A stretch of 64,000 bases of DNA from Sphagnum compactum (taxonomy: Eukaryota): the NCBI GenBank assembly GCA_965153455.1, contig OZ234493.1, positions 31,238,213 to 31,302,212 of the forward strand, in the 5' to 3' direction. The notes under the pieces were generated by a model that saw nothing but the letters and a program-made list of their open reading frames with translations, made no database searches and was not told where the DNA came from. The position numbers were made by a program, and so were the translations under genes. Positions 40,261-53,817 of this stretch are shown piece by piece (position 1 is the stretch's first letter; every line of letters starts with the position of its first letter).

Positions 40261-43022
40261 GAATTGAAGTTGATTTGTGAATGATGGGCATCATGTTTAA
40301 CAAATGTGAGTATGTTATAATTTTGGTCAATTTTGCATGTTCCTAAAGTTGGCTTTTTTGACTTTGTTGTATCATGTTTTCATGATGGCTAGGTGTTACT
40401 TGTTAACGTTAGCTAGGAGTTGTTTGATTTGTAGCTTGTGGTCTTCATTTTTGTTAATTTTCAACATCTTCTAAAGGCAAAAGATTCTAATTGGTGGACT
40501 TTGCTATATTATTAAACCATCAAAGATCCACATTGTAGGCATTCTAGTTATTTTAGAATAGTATATCCTTGATGAATTAAGGTATGTGGATCTAAGTTTA
40601 ATTTAGTTGATGCACTTTATCATTTGCCAAAGCTAAAGTGGAACATGTTGCCATGCCATGTTGTGAAAAAACAATTCAAATCGCAACTTTACAAGTGGAT
40701 TTTATAGATTTGAAATGGAAAATAAAGGCTCCAAAAGATTGTGGGAAAAATCCTATTGGATTTTTTCTTTTTATTTTTTCTTAATGGATTCAAAATCTAA
40801 ACAAATTTTTTAATTAAATAAAACTTTTAACACATATTTTTTTTTACGCAAAAACAGTTTAATATGATAGAAGTTATGTAGATCTTACCTAGATTCACAA
40901 AACTATAACCTTATGTATCCTTGTAACCTATGCTAATGGAAAATTTTGGATGGTATTTAATACCATTATATGATGGGTAAATAAATTGACATTTCACCAT
41001 AATGTTGCAAATATGTTAGCCTTTATTGGAAAATGTTGTAAAAAATGTCTAAAGTGGAGTAAAGACTAAAGACAAATTTGTTTTTTAGCTGTTCATAGTT
41101 GGACATAATTGCCAAACCCATTATGAATTTGCAATTTTCAAAGATTATATTGTAGAATGATATGGATAAAGTACTTTTGAATCTTGTTCAACATCATATA
41201 GTTGTCATACACAATGAAACATGCAATATGAGAGTTTTAAAATATTTTAATTATAAATATTAACATAAATGGTTTGGAAAGGTTTTACAAAATTTTACAA
41301 AGGTATGTAAAAAAACCCATAACAAAATAAAAGAGGGCACAAACAAGATAAAAACAAGCCAACAACGTTAATTTAGAAAAGGACTACATGCTTTTTTGCC
41401 CAAATGTTTTTTTTTCATACGAATAGGTTTTTGAATAATGTTTTTTGCAAATTGTTATGAATAGATGCATATAATTGTTCAGGTAGGTAACATGTTTTTT
41501 TGTTTGGATTTTTGAATAAATATGAAAAATTGAAAATGTTTGGATTCCTTGTAAATTTTGTGTTTCATCTTTAAAAATGATAACAATTTCAAATCATAAC
41601 CAAAAATTGATTTTTAAATTTTTTGTGTTTTCTTATATAATAAATTAAAAAAATTTCTTAAAACATCATGTACATTATATTTCATTTATATGTGATAAAA
41701 GACTTTTGAAGTTCTAAAATTTTGTATCAATTTTGGAAAGTTCTTTGAATTTTTAAACTTTTAGATTTTCACATTTTTTAGGGTATGAATGCTTTTTGAA
41801 TGTGGTTAATAAGTTTTTATTTTCTTAATTTTTTTTCCATTAATTTCTTTTTATTATATGAGTCCTTTTCGTAATCCTTTGCAAAATTGATTCAATTTGA
41901 CATAATAGGTGTTCATTCTCAAAGGTCTTAAATCAAAATTCAAACTTAAAATTTTATCAAATGGATATTTGGTTTGAATTTTTGGGCATTGATATGAATA
42001 AGAAAGGACCAACTTGCCATGATTGTCATGGTTTTAAATGGTAAAACATTAATATTTTTCCAATTTTGATTGTTTTTAAAGCCCATTTGACATCCTTTTT
42101 TATTCGTTTTATTGTGACTGCACACAAGGTTTTAAAAAGTTCTAAATGATTAAACTTCTAAAAGATTCTTTAAAAATATAATATATATGTAAAGAATATA
42201 GCCTTGGTGGTCTCTACTGCTAGTGTTGCCAACAAAAATTGTGATGTGTATTTATTTTTGATTCTTGAACTTTGTTTTTACATAAAATATGGAATGGTAT
42301 TAAAGTTCATTCATTGCCCTTTGTCATCAAGTCATGTAAGCAATCATAATCACACACTAATTTCAAACCATATATAAACATGCATTACGGGTTAGATATG
42401 CATAAAACTATATCCTATTTTTGGTTGTTTTCTCATATATTCTGGCCTATAGGTAACAATAATATGCTTATGTGTATGTATATTCACCCTAAGTGACTAC
42501 TTGAAATATGGACATGTCTATTGTAATTTTTTATATGAATCACATTGGATAGGTATGTCCCGCCCTTTGCATATCTTTTATTTTTTGTTTAGGGTTATAG
42601 ATATGCATATACACAACTAATATTAAAATCAATTGGTTTAAGGTCTTCTAGATTTTTTGTTTCTCCTTTATGAGCAATGAATTACAAGCTTTCTTTATAT
42701 CACATCACACTTTGTCATAAAGGATTTTCAGCATTCCCAAACACTCAAATACCCAAGCATTTTGGAACATTGAATTTCATGTCAAAAGGACCTGAATTTG
42801 CTTTTCAATTTGAGGTTTGAGTTTGAGAGAAGGTTGAACTCTATTTTTTGTGACACGGTTTCAAGTGTAAATTTAATGAAAGAGGTTTAAGTTTTGAAAG
42901 AAGTTCAAGGTCTAAGCTTTGTAAAAGAACTTTGAATTTTGTGGGATGTCCATATTTTGGGCTCTAATTTCACACCTCAACTCTATAGGAGCCCCAAATG
43001 CTTATATGGTAATAGGACCAAT

Positions 43023-43076
43023 CTTTTTATAAATTTTTTTTTAGGCACACAACAGCAGACCCCACTGACAAGCTGT
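43023..43076 (-). mobile_element. 5'-truncated non-LTR retroposon (SINE/LINE tail) with 16-bp TSD
   Basis: TGGTAATAGGACCAAT is identical at 43007-43022 and 43077-43092. The minus-strand insert ends in an A-rich tail (...GTGTGCCTAAAAAAAAATTTATAAAAAG). Confidence 0.7.
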
Positions 43077-44059
43077 TGGTAATAGGACCAATTTTACAAA
43101 ATTTTGGTGTCAAACACCAAGCATTTATTACACAAAATTACTCAAGGAATTTCTTATAGTTGTAGCAATATTGATAGCAACAGATTAAATTTAGATTGAA
43201 ATCAATTTTATCACAAGTAATGAGACAAAAAGTGTTTCACACCCCCATGAAATGTCAATGTTGTTTTCAAAGGTATATTTTTGATCTCAACCCACTTTGT
43301 GATCAAACTGGCTTCATTGTTGTCAAGTTTTCCCTTCATTTATGGATAACTCTAATATGTCAAGAAAGTCCAACCCAAGAATATAAAATTAAGTGGTTCT
43401 TACAACATAGTGTGATGGGCAAAGGGCATCACCAGATGCATGCCCACACTTGCATCAGTCACCAGACTGCGATAAATTTACTTGTTGCAACTTTAAGCTT
43501 CTGATATTCCCAGCCTACCCTTCTTGTTGCAACACTTAATAGAAACGGGGTGCAACCAAAAGTTGGAATTGTTTAGTGGAATGCTAGTTATTGGTTTGTG
43601 GTCTAACCAGCCATTCACCCAAAATTCTTTGGAATATCTCTCTTGCAACAAGCAGCTAGTAGCATAATGCCTCTGCCCTAAGAAAGGACCCAGACAAAAA
43701 AAATATAAGGACAAAACCAAGTACATATCATTGTGTAGTCCCTCCCCTTAAGCTCAGAGCCAATAAACAAAAATATTTGATTTGGCAGTGGGCCGGATGC
43801 AATAGATAGATTGCCAAAAGCACAACCTGCTGAATCCATTGTGATCAAAAGCAACAAACACATATGCCAAGCAGTTTTGTTCCATTTTGCGTTGTTGGGG
43901 GGAGGGGGGTGGTGGACGTTTGAACATCAGGCTGCAAAGGGACACTTATGAACTTTCACCACACGTCCCAAAACATATATAACTATACTAAACTGGGGGT
44001 ACTCATTGTGTTTCATATTAATTAGTGGGGGGTGCATCACAAAGTCCAACTGTTCTTTT

Positions 44060-44475
44060 TGCATAGTTTATCCCAATAGCAAAAAAAGGTTGAAATTATG
44101 GAGGCTCCTCAAAATAGAAGATTCTATGGAAAGATGGAGTGCCTTCCCCTTTGGCCCACCTATACAGGTGAGAAGGGGAGGACTTTGGGCAAAACATATG
44201 GGATTAAAGTGAGGTGCTATTGGGAACACCTTTGGGGAACATATTGGGAACCCATTGAGAACTTGAAAGGGAACATGTTGCGAACGAAGGAAAAATGAAA
44301 AAAATCCCCGCCCCCCACGCAACCCAACCCAACCCAACCCAAAACTTAAAAGGAAAAAAATCAAGGCACTTTTAGTGCATACTGAGCCTTCCCATTGGCA
44401 GCATGAAATTTCTATTTCCAAAACCGTTAATCACCATTTTTGGCCTGGGCTTATAAACTGGGGGTACTTATTTAT
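44060..44475 (+). mobile_element. Dispersed non-autonomous repeat, copy 2 (homologous to ~16705-17295)
   Basis: Colinear similarity to copy 1; internal TTGGGAAC repeats; ends TAAACTGGGGGTACT. Confidence 0.75.
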
Positions 44476-44819
44476 TAGTGACCAAACATAAACTTGATGG
44501 CAGCTCTTTTGGCATTAAGAAAAGATAAGCGACACAGAGTCAAATTCCTAACTGCCATTTTGCCCAACTTTCAATTTGACTGTTATCAGTTTCTAAAGGG
44601 GCCCAGCTCATTGAAAAATCCACCCTACAAATATAGGGGCAGGCTAGAAAGGGCCCACTATAAGCTAAGTAAAAGGCCCTGGCTTCATCCCTTCCTTACA
44701 CACCACGCACTAGTCTTAATTATACGTGAATGCAACTTGTCCATATATTCTATAGAAGTGTATCTACGACATAAACCTGACCTACGATGGCCCATAACCC
44801 AGAGCCTCCACAAAAGTCA

Positions 44820-47800
44820 CACGCGTAGCCAAGGACTACTATATTTAGCAGGGTGTTGCGACGAGAATGTAAGCTGAACAAGTCTTAGTCTTACTCTTTG
44901 CCTATTTAAGAAGAGGAAGAGCTTTATGTCGTTGCACAGTGGGAGGAATTTCCTTTCTTTGACAACGTTGAGGGATGTTGCACGACTTGACTTGGGGTGT
45001 ATAGTCTTGCTTTCACAACGTTCCTTTCTGTTCTCCAGCTTGTCAGAGTTGCTTTGGCATTCCATGTCGCCACTTTTTCTCTTCTTTCTCACATCCTGCA
45101 CTGTTGGCTCCTTGTATTATTCTGAACAATTCTGATTTTTTGAGCTTTTTCTTTGTCTCTCGCTTGCTGTAGCTTTTCACTCTTGTTTCTTGGACATTTT
45201 ACACCCTTGGAGCACGTCGGCGCCTGTTTTGTGTGTTTGTAATAAATTGATTAGATCTGTCTTGGCGAGTGGCTATGAAAATCCATTCTTGTATGTAGAC
45301 AAATCACTTTCTGGTTTTGATAGCTCGGTGGAGATTCTATGAAATTCGTCCAACTGTGGTGTAGGTTCTTGAATGCCTCGTGTGAATTGGTGTCCTTCAA
45401 CTCTGAAATGAGCACTGATCACGAGTAGAATGTGTTCAATTTTGATCCAGTTAGCCTACAATATTGAAGATTGCTAGGATTTATGCTTTGGACACAATCA
45501 TGTACGCGAGTTTCGTCAACGATCAGATGGGATCCATCAAGACTGGTAAGGAGTGGTTGGTGACAACGAGAGAGAGCACGCTCGAATGCATGTATTCTGG
45601 AATTCGCATACCTGTGTTCTTGCGTGTTCTCTCCCCTTGTCACCAAGTTCTTTTCGATTTCTAGCTTTTGGTTTTCCGCTTCAGGTACTACTCTTTGAGT
45701 AGTAATTTATGCTTCAATGTAGTCATTAAATTTTTTTAAATCCCATAATGTTCATCACCTTTGAGCATTTGGGAGAACTGGTTTGTGGAACTTTTACAAA
45801 ATTGTTCAGGTTTGCTCATTGGTACTTGAGCAATGCGTGATACATTTGTAGGTCAATTTCTGATCCATCCATTTATCTGGACATGTGTTGTACTACAAGA
45901 GGCTAGTTATTGTGCATTTGGTCGCTAGTGCTAACCATTACGAGAACCTATTTCATGAATTACATTGACCATCGATGTTAGAAGCATTGTATGCGAGCTG
46001 CGGTATGAGAATTTGTACATAGCACACCCCGGAAAGTCTGACATAGTATGTGGGCAATGCCTTGCTAAATTTATAAATTTCATAAGTAGCTATTTTCTTC
46101 TTTTTAGATTGCAACTCTTCCTGCTTGGAAGTTTGACCATGATCTCAATAACAAGGAACTCTACAAGACTTGCAAACTATATGAATATGGCGTTGACGAG
46201 CTAGATGTTTTCATAACATGTTTTCATCACGTTTTTTAACATAGACTTGTCCACAATTGGTTCATTCTTGGGTACTGATGTATAAACACCATTTGCTGAC
46301 CTGTTTCCCATACTTGGTGGTTGGTGTTGTATACTTAAAATTGGACATGAGATTTCCATTGGAGGAATTTTGAAACTTTAAATCAGAATCAGGAATGCAT
46401 CTTTTACTGCTTTTTGGATTGGAGTCTAGAATGTATCTTTTAGTCCTTTTTCAATTAGAGTCAGGAAAGTATGTTTTCCTCCTTTTGCAATGGGTTGCAA
46501 TTGGAGTTAGGAATGTATATTTGAGGCTGTTCTCAATCAAAGTTTGAAATTGAACTTCAAACGTTTATGTTTCACTTTTTACCACAACCATGATCGCTGA
46601 CATCAGTAGTGTTCGTGAACCGCGGTTATGGCATAACACAGTATATCTTCTTGAAAATGAATGGTCTGACAATGTGTGCCTACACAATTTGTTCATAGCA
46701 TGCGTTATTATGCATGTAATTTCTAAGTCCTAGCTCCATAGTTGATGTCTTTAGCACAAATGTTTGTGTACTTGAATTTGAGTGTGAATTGGCAGGTTGA
46801 AGACAAAAGATTGGACTAGAATCCTTCAAGTTTCAATTCAGCAAACTTCAGCAATGTCTACATACATTTTGTTCTCCATTTTATCCAAAAAGGTGATCAC
46901 GTGCAATACTATATATGAACAGCTCCACTGAGAACTTCATTTGTTCTCTTGGGTGACCCTTGGAGCCTAGGGCCAAAGAAAGAGTGTGGAACTTCAAAGT
47001 AGGCACCTGCAGATTGGCAGTATTCTTTTGGTGTGTTGTAGCTTATACGTTTCCTTCTTTCTAGCATAGCCTAAGCTTCTAGCCCTGGCAATCCCTATAC
47101 ACAGTAATGTGTCTGCAAGTATAACTAGGAAAGTGCATGGGAAGAAGCATTTTGTAGAGCTAATCCTGCAGGTTAACTATGGTCCAATAAATCATTGAGA
47201 TGGATGTTGAGATTTGAAGAAAAATGTTTTTTAGGAGATTGGTACGAGTGCTGGTTGAGATACCTTCACATCCTGGATCGCTATTTGCAAGTATATATGC
47301 TCCTTAAGTTCTCCATGGGTGGAGCATCAATCTCTTGACTTATGTTCATGATATATGTGGATTGATCTTCTCAAGTACCTTTCTGAAATATTTGTACACT
47401 ATAACAAATCTACAAAAGTATTGCACCCATACTAATACATATGGTGTGAGTGTCTAATGAACTAAATTTTATTTGCAGGGTCTCGTCATGACGGTACTTG
47501 GAGAGATCCCCCCATGAAGATGCAACATTACAGGCTCTAAAGGATCTGATTAACTTTGAGCCCCTTGGATGGTGGACCCACATGCATGTAGAACTTTGAA
47601 GATTGCATAAAGTTCACGAGGATCATCCCTTGTCAAAACTAGATTGTTAAAATTGTTGAGCGTTCTTGCATGATCTTATCAACTTGTTTCTTTCTAGGGA
47701 GTTGGTGTCACGCAATCTATTTATTAACCATGCATCCAAAGAACAACTTTGGTCTCCTCTCATTGGGTGGAAAAGATTGAGAATATAGTACAGAATAATA

Positions 47801-47870
47801 CTGGAGAGGTATAATCCAAAATCTAAACTCTCCTTTAAATTGGGGGGAATTCAGATATGAAAAAATAACG
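44820..47870 (-). pseudogene. Decayed multi-exon gene of unknown family, including copy 2 of the duplicated exon (47480-47870)
   Basis: 47480-47870 translates PQFKGEFRFWIIPLQYYSVLYSQSFPPNERRPKLFFGC...LRDTNSLERNKLIRSCK. Downstream, higher-GC coding-like tracts with stops and a GT-AG intron (45611-45403) lead into a K/E/S-rich frame. Linkage of these parts is inferred. Confidence 0.4.
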
Positions 47871-49123
47871 ACTCAATCTTCATAATAATGACATGGCATG
47901 CTATATGCCAACAAAAATTATGTGGTCCTATTTGTCAACATCATGATTCATGTGATTGATTTGGTGAATTAATTTCATTTATTAGCTAGTTGAAAATATT
48001 GTTGTCTTTTGTAACTAATAAAGACTTGATTTTCCATGTGACGATGACATGGCATTTGGCAACAAGGTGTCACAAATTTTCATGACAATTCATGTTTTTT
48101 TGTGACACCACAAGTTTTTGTGTCTCGAATTTATGGCACCAATATTTGTCATGGCATGCCATAAATTTTTGTGGGTCATGAAGTTTTTGAAGTTATGAAT
48201 ACAATGTAATTGACAAATATTACAAGTGGTTGAATTTACAAGAAACTTGCATATACATATTACACAAAAACTTATACAAGAAAAAATAACTTGTAAAATA
48301 TGCAAATTACATATACACATTTTAAGTTTGTTCAAATCAAATTCATGAATTGGCACAAAGAAATAAAATATTTTTTATTCATCAAGACAAAATAAAATAC
48401 CCATATGACATATACTTGAAATGTGCAACTTGGCATAAAGGGATTGAAAGGGTTGAAAACACACATAAAATAAAAAACATAAAACTCCAACATGAACACA
48501 ACAAGGAACTTATGTATGGTGGCTTGAAACAACTTTCCAATCTCAATAAGCAATGTAATTACTTATTTAAAGAAAAGTTGTACCTATAAATCTAACTGTT
48601 TTTACACCAAGGCAAGTGCATATTCCCAACAACATTTGTGCATTTAATTATAAATGAACACAAAAAACAAAATGGAAAAAATTAATTTTAATCTACTAGT
48701 TTATTAAAAAAATCATTTATTTGGTGACCATTAATGACATGTCTAGCAAACTTAACCTTTTTTGGGTCATGTGAATTGAATACAACCCCAATGATTTAAT
48801 GAATAAATTTGCAATTTGATCTTTTTCTAAAAATGTATATCAATTTTATTTTGTCATTTTAAGTTTTTTTTTAATGTCCTGATGTTTCATATGGGTGATT
48901 GCACATTAAGTAGTTCATTTTTTGGTGTCACAAGGGGTTATATTCAAAAATCGTACTAGTATGTAAACTTTTTTAACATATTGAAATGATAATGTTTCTA
49001 ACATGTTCTGAAAACATGTGGAATAATTTATAACATGACTTTAATGAAGATAGAATATTCAAAAGCACTCATCTTACAATTTTTTATTATTTAATTAATC
49101 TTTTAAATGGACTTAATAATGGG

Positions 49124-49529
49124 ATGAAAACACATTAGGGAAGGCCAAGATTATTGTCACATTGTATTTTTTTCAAAGGTACCATGTTTGAACTTCAACC
49201 ATGTCATTATTATGAAGGATTTTTACAATGTTTTTGCATACCATGGTAAATCAAAACCTAAGAAGTCAAATGCCAAATATATTATTTTTCTTATTTCATC
49301 TGATGTCATGTTAAAATATATTTGTGCAAAAAAATATATCATCACAATGTACTAAAAAAATCCAACATATTCAAAAGATGATTGAAATGATTTTTAATCT
49401 TTATGAAATGTGTAGTATGTACTAAACATTGGGATTTTTAATTACGGGGATAGGTTTGTGAAGCATGTGAAAAGTTTGGTAATTATCATATCACAAATGG
49501 ATTTTTTCAAAGGTGATGACCATAAGTAT
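49124..49529 (+). repeat. ~400 bp direct repeat, copy A (copy B at 52838-53225)
   Basis: Shared CATTGTATT, CCATGTTTGAACTTCAA, CATGTGAAAAGTTTG.TAATTATCATATCACAAATGG and GGTGATGACCATAA. Confidence 0.8.
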
Positions 49530-50259
49530 CAATACACAACATGAAAATCTACAAGTGCATAAAATTAGCATTATCACTTGTCACTTAACAAACATGAATA
49601 TTGCATCCATTTCCATTATCTTATAACAAAGGTTTCAACATATAAATTGCAAAGTTTGGCACTGATGGTATTCAAATTTAAACGTTGTAATAATGTTGAG
49701 TGCCATCATGTAATAATGATAAAAGTTAGTGAAATTAATTATATTTTTCAAACAATGTTGTGGCAATTCTATTTGTAGGGGTAGCACACTATGAATTTGT
49801 TGCAAATTAATATAACTATTTGGAGAAATTTACAATATTCATTTTGTTTGCAAATAATAGTTTATAGAATAAAATCCCTTGGTTCAAGTTTTCTACAAGA
49901 TGAATCCATGTTTGACTCAATTGTTAATTGAAGGTTAGAATTTGTTTAAAAACAATTATTTATCAAAGTCATAATTCCCATTAGTTGTTCCCGGTCCAGG
50001 TTGCTTAGGTCCCAACTGATTTTTGGTCATAGACCCATGTCCACATGGTGACCAAAATCAGTCGCATGTTGGATAAGGTTCAACGACTGAAATCACTAAT
50101 GAGCTAGATAGGGTTGAGTGCACCAATAAATTTTAAAAAGATAATGTGAACTCCAAACTTGAATTAAATTGAAATTTGTATGCACTTTATTATAGATTGG
50201 GAATGTCCATATAATCCATTCTTTCCTATGTTACGATTATTGAAAAATGTCATTAAACC

Positions 50260-51000
50260 CTAACCATTATAAATCGTAATCACTATGCTGATCGCCAACA
50301 ACATTCTTTTGGTGGAATCCAATTGTCCATAGGTATAAAAGAGCTCCGGTGCCACCCACCATCGAAGTCGTCATTGAGTTGCAGTTTCTTCTTTTATCGC
50401 ACATCCATATGGGGATGGGTTATCCTCCCCTAGCTTCCTAGCCTCCCCCCAATCACACACACCAATGTATATAGCAGAAAGGTTGTCCAATGGAAAATGC
50501 AACATGATGTTGTCTTGTGATAAATCATTATGCAATGTCCTAGATTATTGGATTACATTCATGATGCACAAAAGTGCCCAAGCTAGTTTCACTCGTGTTC
50601 GTCTAAATATCATGAGACATTGTCAAGACTCAAAATCCAACCCTCCCCCTTGCAAAAGCCCCCAATTGTCGAGGGATTGATTTTGGCTATTGTGGTACCC
50701 CAACATCTTCCGAAGTGTGCTTCCGTTCCACCACAATTGGTATGCCTCCATGGTTTTTGCATGGATGGCATAAAACTTTATGACACCCGGATGATCAATG
50801 GAACAAGCCAATGCCTCCATAGAAAATTGACACCGGGCCTCATAATTATCCTTAGTTTTTAATTTTTTGCCAACAAACTCAATGTACAAAGGCACCCAAT
50901 CATAGTTCTTAATCCACACTTCGCGAATTTTGCCATTTCCACCTTGCTAACTTAGACCATTCAAAGCAAGCACAATGGTGGCAGATGATGGCACCCAATT
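50260..51000 (-). pseudogene. Intronless divergent protein kinase domain relic, transposon-embedded
   Basis: One frame carries QGGNGKIREV (G-loop), EFVGKK (beta3 Lys), SMEALA (alphaC Glu), HPGVIKFYA, LHNDLSQDNIM (catalytic loop), GVCDWG (DFG equivalent) and WWVAPELF. Four in-frame stops; no frameshift between the G-loop and APE. Confidence 0.85.
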
Positions 51001-51904
51001 ACCCTTCGTCCTTGTGCTTGGCTCAAGTTTGCTTTTGCCCCTTCTCTGCCCATGAAAGCAATCATGTTTTACTTTTGGCAAAACTTTTGGACCAACCCAT
51101 CCACCATTTCACCTTCTCATGCAACAAACAAATTTAGGGGGAGGAATCTTCTTTCAATGGGTAAATTATTGACACCCATTGCACCAAGTTGAAAGTAACA
51201 TCCCTTAGTTTCAAGTCCTCCCATCCTGAATAGTCCTTGCAATTACGATCCTCTTCAAACTCAGGGGCTTTTAAATCTTCCTAATTTTTTTTTTGCATGG
51301 TCATCCTGTATTGATCAATCCCTTCCAATTGAAAATTAGCATATAACATTGTCAAGGTAGCTTATCCTTCTCTAAGAGGAAGTTCATCATAACATTTTGC
51401 ATTACCATAGTGGCCTTTGGATTGGGTTAGTTTTCCTTTGCAACCTTCTACTTCTTATGAGAAGATTCTTTAGAAATTGACCCAATTCCAAACTCTTTCT
51501 CCTTTGAAGATTCTTCTCGGAGGCACTTGGATGAATGGTTTCAAGAAAATTCTTGGGTTGGATGTTTACAAATTGAATCATACATGTTGCCCATTCACCT
51601 TGACTCCCTTCACCCACAACCTTCACCTTGGAAGCAACAATTGGTAGAAGCAATCACAATCTTGCAAAGTTGAAGCAATCAGGCAAAGGAGCCTCGTAGT
51701 ACGTTGTGTCCTTAGCCTTCTTTCCCAACTCTCGTGTTGCACCCAAGTTCGTCACATTGATGCAAAGAGCAACCAAAGATTAAGAACCCACTGTGGCAAA
51801 CATAGAGAGGTGGAAAAGATGATACAATAAGATGGTAAAGGCCAATTTATATTCAGGTTTGATTCTATTGAGGAACTAGAGTTTACACTTTCCCATCATT
51901 CTAA

Positions 51905-52550
51905 TGCGATCGAATTTCAATCGCAACCTTTCCACAAAACAACCAAAATTTGGCCAACACCACTTGGACATGCCTAGTTGTTCAAGGGGTTGACCAAAAT
52001 TCGGTCACACTCCTTGGACAAATTGATAGTTACCTGGATAGGGGTGGATAATTTCGATCATTCTTGGATAGGGGTTATCACTCGCTAGGGCGATTGAAAG
52101 TCAATTGCATTCCTTAGTCAATGCTGATCATTACCTAAACATGGGTGGACAATTTTGATTGCATTCTTGGACAAGATCGATCGCTTGTCCAAGTGACTGA
52201 AATTCAGTCACATTCATGGATAGGGGCAATCACTACTTGGACAAAGGTGGACAAAGTTGATCGCATTTGTGGATAGGGGTGATCGTTTCATGGACAAGGG
52301 TGGATAAATTTGGTTGTATCCCTACACCTAGACAAGGGTAATCTCTACTTGGACAGGGGTGGACAAATTCGGTTGCATTCCTGGACAAGGGCGATTGCTA
52401 CTTGGATAGGCGTTGACAAATTCGGTCCATCCGTGGATAAGGTTAAGTATATTGCAACTGAATTTCAGTTGTGATTTGGATGGTTGATATTAGTCACATG
52501 ATGTAACAAATCGTTGAGGTCAATGTAGTGGATTAGATGGGCGACTAAGA
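51905..52550. repeat. Subterminal-type repeat array (~35-55 bp units: GGACAAATTCGGTCGCATTCCTGGACAAGGG / GCGACYGAAWTTCRGTCGC palindromes)
   Basis: More than 10 TGGACAAGGG/TGGATAGGGG motifs. A related motif cluster sits at ~49990-50095, on the other side of the kinase. Confidence 0.75.
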
Positions 52551-52837
52551 TCTCTCTATTTATAAAAAAATCCAACAAAGTTTTCTCATTGTGGCATTAA
52601 ATGGTTTCATCATTTAATGTTCTCTTAATTCTTCAACCAAGAGTGCATGTGTTGGCTCCACATGGGTTTTTTTAACATAGTCCACACATGTTATGTTGGC
52701 AATAGTAACTATTTTACCCTTGATACAAAAATTATTGTACTCAATATAGGTTGACCCTAAACTAATGTGATGCAGGGTTGCGTCGATGTCTAAACAAACA
52801 TGACTAACATGACGTGACAAGGCCAGTGTTGATAACC

Positions 52838-53225
52838 ATGAAGCACATTATGGGGGGCCCAAAATGTTGTTGCATTGTATTGTTTTCCAAAGGTGTCCAT
52901 GTTTGAACTTCAATATGGTAATTTTGGAGCATATTTTGCCCAACGTTTTACATCATATGGTAGAGCATAACACAAAGAATTCAATTGAAAAGAAAATTAC
53001 TTTTTCCAACTTATATTGTGTGATTCCAAAGTATATTTGTGGCTAAAAAAATGTCACTATGTACAAAAAAATGCAAATATACTCAAATTAGTCTTTATGA
53101 TATTTGTTTGGTATCTATTAAACATTGTGATTCTGTATGATTGGAATAAATTTGTGAACCATGTGAAAAGTTTGATAATTATCATATCACAAATGGGTGT
53201 TTTTGGGGGTGATGACCATAATTAT
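52838..53225 (+). repeat. ~400 bp direct repeat, copy B
   Basis: Colinear with 49124-49529. Confidence 0.8.
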
Positions 53226-53817
53226 GTGATAACTTAACATTTTGAGAAACTATCACTTTCAAATGGAAGATGACAAGATATGTGAGGTGGGCCATTTTTT
53301 AGATTTTCATTTCAAATTTTTTTTGGCTGATTAATATATTCAAACCTAAATTTAGTGTAATCCAAAAACAAAAACAAGTTTTATTATATTGCATATACCA
53401 TAAATAGACCCATTATTCCTTGAATTTAATTTTTTTAAATTTATTTCTTTTTTTCAAATAATATTAAATATCATTAACTTTGTGAAAATCAAAATATCAA
53501 GCCCAAACACCAAAAGTGTAACCCAAAATTACATACATACATTACATACATGTCGTGAAAATGCCCAAAGTGGCCCCCCTATAGTGTGCTTTCATTTAAT
53601 GTGGGTTGAATTTCCATAGTCGTATCTTGGGTTTTGGACTTCATACGTTTGATCTCATTTTGATTTCACATCTTAAGCACCCTAAACCTCTAAAGTCACA
53701 TGTTTAAAATTTATGAAGATGTTTTCCAAACCATGGATTATATGAAAGTTTTTCAAAGTTTAAAACATCAAAGGTTAATGCACATTTTGGTGGAATCATT
53801 TTTCTTAAATATAACTA

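Noticed and set aside
51905-52550. CRISPR-like array
   Set aside because: Units are degenerate and mutually similar throughout, which fits transposon subterminal repeats.
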